Source: a virus
Lineage: Duplodnaviria; Heunggongvirae; Uroviricota; Caudoviricetes
Virus record (IMG/VR): IMGVR_UViG_3300011113_000787
Location: 47,269-111,268 of that record
Strand: one strand, 5' to 3'
DNA: 64,000 nt
The stretch's first letter is position 1. Each line of letters starts with the position of its first letter. Made by a program: the position numbers and the translations under genes. Below are positions 60,981 to 64,000 of the stretch, one piece after another. The notes under the pieces were generated by a model. It had not been told where the DNA came from. It did no database searches and was given only the letters and a program-made list of their open reading frames with translations.

Positions 60981-63508
60981 AGATTTAAATTAATTGATAG
61001 AGAGATTGATTGTTCGTTGTTTGTTTTAATCAAATCCCTATTGTTTATTTTTTGATAAAATCTTGTTGGTTGTGCTAGCAAATCCCCAACAGATAATTTT
61101 ATTTCTCCTTTTTTTAATTTTCTTAATATAACCATGTCTACAACATCTCTTGAGTTTTCGAAGATATCAGGATATCCTTGAAATCCAACTGCAGATATTC
61201 TTTCTCCGATTCTATTATATGTTATTGAAACAGAGTTGTTGTTCTTGTGGAAATTCAATCCACCATTGATAATATAATTTGATTGTCCTTGTAATTGTCT
61301 TTTGATTTGACCGACATTCACATTTGAATTGATAAGTGCTGAGTTTGTGTAAACATCAAGCCAGTCGCTCATCTTTTTTCTAAATTCAAATTCAATTCCA
61401 ATTACAGATGCTTGATTTGGATTTGTATATGTTAGAAGAAGATTTGATGGTACTGAACCGTCAGCAACTATTTGTTCAATTGGTCTGATAAAGTTTTTTG
61501 AGAAAACTCCAATTGAAAAGTTTTCACCAAGTTTTGGATAATGTTCCCACTTCAAATCGAAGTTGTAGATATCAGTTTTCTCAAGGTTTGGATTACCTAA
61601 AAGTTGTGCGTTTCTAACGAAGTCATAGTATGCAAAGTTTGCTACTTCTCTGAACTCAGGTCTTGCAAGTGTCTTAGACATCGAGAATCTAAACTTATCT
61701 TTCTCCAAGTTATATGATAGGTTAACTGATGGTAAGAAGTCCAAGTATTCTCTGTTAACTCTCACTCTTGTACCACTGAAATCTGATGTGTTAACTTGAA
61801 ATACATTGTACTCTGTTCTAAGACCACCATTAAATTTCCATTTGTTCCATGTCTTATCGTATTGGACATAACCATTCGAAAGGTCGAAGTCTGCGGAATA
61901 TCTATCAGCGTTGTTTGTGATTTCGTTCAACAGGTCTGCCGCATCATATCTGAATATTCTTGCTTGAAAGTTTCTGAACTTTTTTAGGTGTCCTACACCT
62001 ACTTTAAAGTCACCAAAGTCTTTGTCTACCGAACCATTAAATTGGTTTTCATCCATCACAGACCAGAATCTATAAGTGTCTCTCCAAGCAACTGAGAAGT
62101 TATCATTTGTTCCCAATGACTTTGTTATTGGATTAACTCTATAATCAGGTTGGTCTCTTAACATCAAGTTATAACCCAAGATGAAATCCCATGTCTTTAT
62201 CTTACCTTCGAATTGAGAGTTGAAGATTGTTTTAACCACCGTGTTTGATGAATTACTTTTAACATATTGAACGTTATCATAATTCTCACCGTTTCTTTGT
62301 AGATAAGAACGTTCAACCTGATGATTCAAAATTGACTTCCAAGAGAATTTATTATCACCAATATAAGTTAGGTTGAATAATCCACTCACAGAACTGTTAT
62401 CAGTAAACAAAGTGTCTCTGTATTTGTAAGCAAGCTCTGTTGAACTTTGATAGTCCAATCTATCTGTGTAGTTAAGACCAAATGATTTTCTTGCGTTTGA
62501 GCTAAACAAATAATTCCACTTGGAATTTTTCAAACCAAATGAAAGACCTCCATTAAAGTTTGGCGTGGATAGGAAGTTACGTTCATTTCCATCAACCATT
62601 AGTTTTGTGTATGCCCTTCTGTCTCCGATTGTTCCAACTCTGAATTTGTATGTTGACGGAAACTTGGTGGGGAAGGTTATATTTTCCACCAATCTGAAAT
62701 CTCTTAAACTCGAAACCGTTCCATAACTTGTTCCGAGTGATAAGGACAAAAAATTGTCGTTTACCTCCTTTGTTGTAACTTGAACAACTCCACCAGCGAA
62801 GTCACCAGGAAGTGATGGAGAAGCCGATTTCAATACCATCACGTTATCTATAAGACCCGCTGGTATGATATCAAAAGAAAATGACCTTCTATCTGGTTCT
62901 GTCGAAGGTAAAATTGTTTTATTTAAAAATGAAAGGTTATATCTATCAGAAAGTCCTCTTACCAAAACAAACTTATCGTTTTGGATTGTAACCCCATTAA
63001 CCCTTTTCAATACGTCACCAACTGTTCTATCAGGAGTCTTCTCAATGTATTCAATCGATACTCCATCAGATACAACATTATTGTTTCTTATTGTTCTGAT
63101 AACAGAAACTTCAGTAACTTTCTGTGGGACACTCCTTACTACAACCTCATTTAATTGAGTTGTATTGTCTTCAAATACGATATCATAATTCATATCACCC
63201 TGAACCAATAAGTCCTGTAGATACTCCTTATATCCAACGTAGGTTGCTTTAATCTGGTACTTACCCTCGGCTAAAGTGATTGAGTAAATTCCGTCCTTGT
63301 CTGATAATGTGGTGAAGACCTCACCTTTTTCGTTCTTAAAAGTAATGTGCGAAAAATAGATTGTCTCAGTCTTTGATTTTGTTACCCCTTTGATGTTCAC
63401 TTGAGAGAACAAAAAGTTTGGTAAAATTAGAAATAAAAATAAAAGTTGTTTCATGTCCACAATAATTATGAACTCAACTTTACATGCCCATAGTTTTTGT
63501 ATTAACAA
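60977..63508 (-). CDS. TonB-dependent outer-membrane receptor (CarboxypepD_reg-like N-domain + plug + barrel)
   Basis: Signal peptide ...FLFSQ; VNIKGVTKSK...YQIKATYVGYKEY carboxypeptidase-regulatory-like domain; plug block DNVMVLKSASPSLPGDFAGGVVQVTTK. Confidence 0.65.
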   Translation of the reverse strand: MLIQKLWACKVEFIIIVDMKQLLFLFLILPNFLFSQVNIKGVTKSKTETIYFSHITFKNEKGEVFTTLSDKDGIYSITLAEGKYQIKATYVGYKEYLQDLLVQGDMNYDIVFEDNTTQLNEVVVRSVPQKVTEVSVIRTIRNNNVVSDGVSIEYIEKTPDRTVGDVLKRVNGVTIQNDKFVLVRGLSDRYNLSFLNKTILPSTEPDRRSFSFDIIPAGLIDNVMVLKSASPSLPGDFAGGVVQVTTKEVNDNFLSLSLGTSYGTVSSLRDFRLVENITFPTKFPSTYKFRVGTIGDRRAYTKLMVDGNERNFLSTPNFNGGLSFGLKNSKWNYLFSSNARKSFGLNYTDRLDYQSSTELAYKYRDTLFTDNSSVSGLFNLTYIGDNKFSWKSILNHQVERSYLQRNGENYDNVQYVKSNSSNTVVKTIFNSQFEGKIKTWDFILGYNLMLRDQPDYRVNPITKSLGTNDNFSVAWRDTYRFWSVMDENQFNGSVDKDFGDFKVGVGHLKKFRNFQARIFRYDAADLLNEITNNADRYSADFDLSNGYVQYDKTWNKWKFNGGLRTEYNVFQVNTSDFSGTRVRVNREYLDFLPSVNLSYNLEKDKFRFSMSKTLARPEFREVANFAYYDFVRNAQLLGNPNLEKTDIYNFDLKWEHYPKLGENFSIGVFSKNFIRPIEQIVADGSVPSNLLLTYTNPNQASVIGIEFEFRKKMSDWLDVYTNSALINSNVNVGQIKRQLQGQSNYIINGGLNFHKNNNSVSITYNRIGERISAVGFQGYPDIFENSRDVVDMVILRKLKKGEIKLSVGDLLAQPTRFYQKINNRDLIKTNNEQSISLSINLNL

Positions 63509-63529
63509 ATGGTTAAGATATCAATAAGT

Positions 63530-63556
63530 AAAAAACCCCTCCGTTTCGGGAGGGGT
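63530..63556 (-). terminator. rho-independent terminator (minus strand)
   Basis: A6 + CCCCTCC gtttcg GGAGGGG. Confidence 0.6.
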
Positions 63557-63562
63557 TGGCTC

Positions 63563-64000
63563 TTAGATTGTTTCAACAATCGAAGCGGTTACGCCATCCC
63601 ACTTCTTAATCTGAGTCTTGGGAACCCAAAACTCCATTTCACCAATTTCATCCACACGCTTCAGATATTCCTCACGGAAACGCTGAGTCTGTGATTTGTC
63701 GGTGATGTACTCCACACCCACATGTTTAGCACAAATCTTACCAAACCCAGTCAACATTGAAAACTCATCAGTCAAAGTCTTCAAACAACAAGTACAAACA
63801 TCACCACGCTTGATAGTCAACTTACCAGTGAAAAGAACCGCCTTTGGAGACACAGCTTTAAGAGCTGTGATGTCGATAAGGATTGGGTTGAACTTCAGAC
63901 CGTATTTCTCATTAAGTTCGATACCCTTCTTACGACCAAGTTTGATGGTCTCTCCGATTGTCGGCCAGTTCATACGAACTGTCTTTTCTTTGTCCTCCTC
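63563..64000 (-). CDS. C-terminal part of a larger protein running off the window; distinctly higher GC and codon bias (likely highly expressed)
   Basis: Reading frame stays open upstream of the listed Met to the window edge (..EEDKEKTVR-MNWPT..); GC ~42% versus ~33% average. Confidence 0.45.
   Translation of the reverse strand, partial: EEDKEKTVRMNWPTIGETIKLGRKKGIELNEKYGLKFNPILIDITALKAVSPKAVLFTGKLTIKRGDVCTCCLKTLTDEFSMLTGFGKICAKHVGVEYITDKSQTQRFREEYLKRVDEIGEMEFWVPKTQIKKWDGVTASIVETI

Overview
The window is AT-rich (about one-third GC), very gene-dense DNA with roughly 120 mostly small genes, nearly all on the minus strand. Nearly every minus-strand gene is followed by a rho-independent terminator of one family (A-run, C-rich hairpin such as CCCCTC..GAGGGG, then a U-run on the coding strand). 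Each terminator is followed closely by a conserved GTATTTATT box only 0-16 nt upstream of the ATG of the next gene. Signal peptides end in SQ/AQ/FAQ, which points to a Bacteroidetes (Flavobacteriia-like) host. The content looks like an accessory region of a large (jumbo?) phage or a phage-plasmid. The evidence is a lysis cassette (spanin-like pair plus a PG-binding GH19 endolysin), tail-fibre-like paralogs with swapped C-terminal domains, and three extra cell-wall hydrolases (M23, GH73, C39-like). There is also a tRNA-Phe-like gene, and a DnaA-box/iteron origin-like region where the gene modules diverge (39.0-40.8 kb). No terminase, portal or capsid gene is recognisable, so the phage assignment is an inference. 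Recognisable auxiliary genes include PPK2, a metallophosphoesterase with a receiver-like protein, a secreted non-specific nuclease, cyclophilin, an SPFH (band-7) protein with an NfeD-like partner, and an umuD-thioesterase-umuC operon. A ParB-like protein, UDP-galactopyranose mutase with two glycosyltransferases, a sulfotransferase-like protein, and several host-like outer-membrane proteins (two beta-barrels, a LamG lipoprotein, a TonB-dependent receptor with a partner lipoprotein) are also present. The most unusual signal is a family of more than 25 ORFs that share a ~20-aa N-terminal helix motif ([IL]-[IVL]-[TS]-E-[SE]-x-L..L[IV]K..[IL]) fused to unrelated C-termini, including the three hydrolases. 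The [IL]-x-E core resembles T4-type prohead-protease / capsid-targeting propeptides, so these may be virion-packaged (ejected) proteins. Other noteworthy items are a repeated ~75-bp terminator-promoter cassette, a GC-rich twin-hairpin island, operator-like perfect palindromes, and several tandem paralog arrays.
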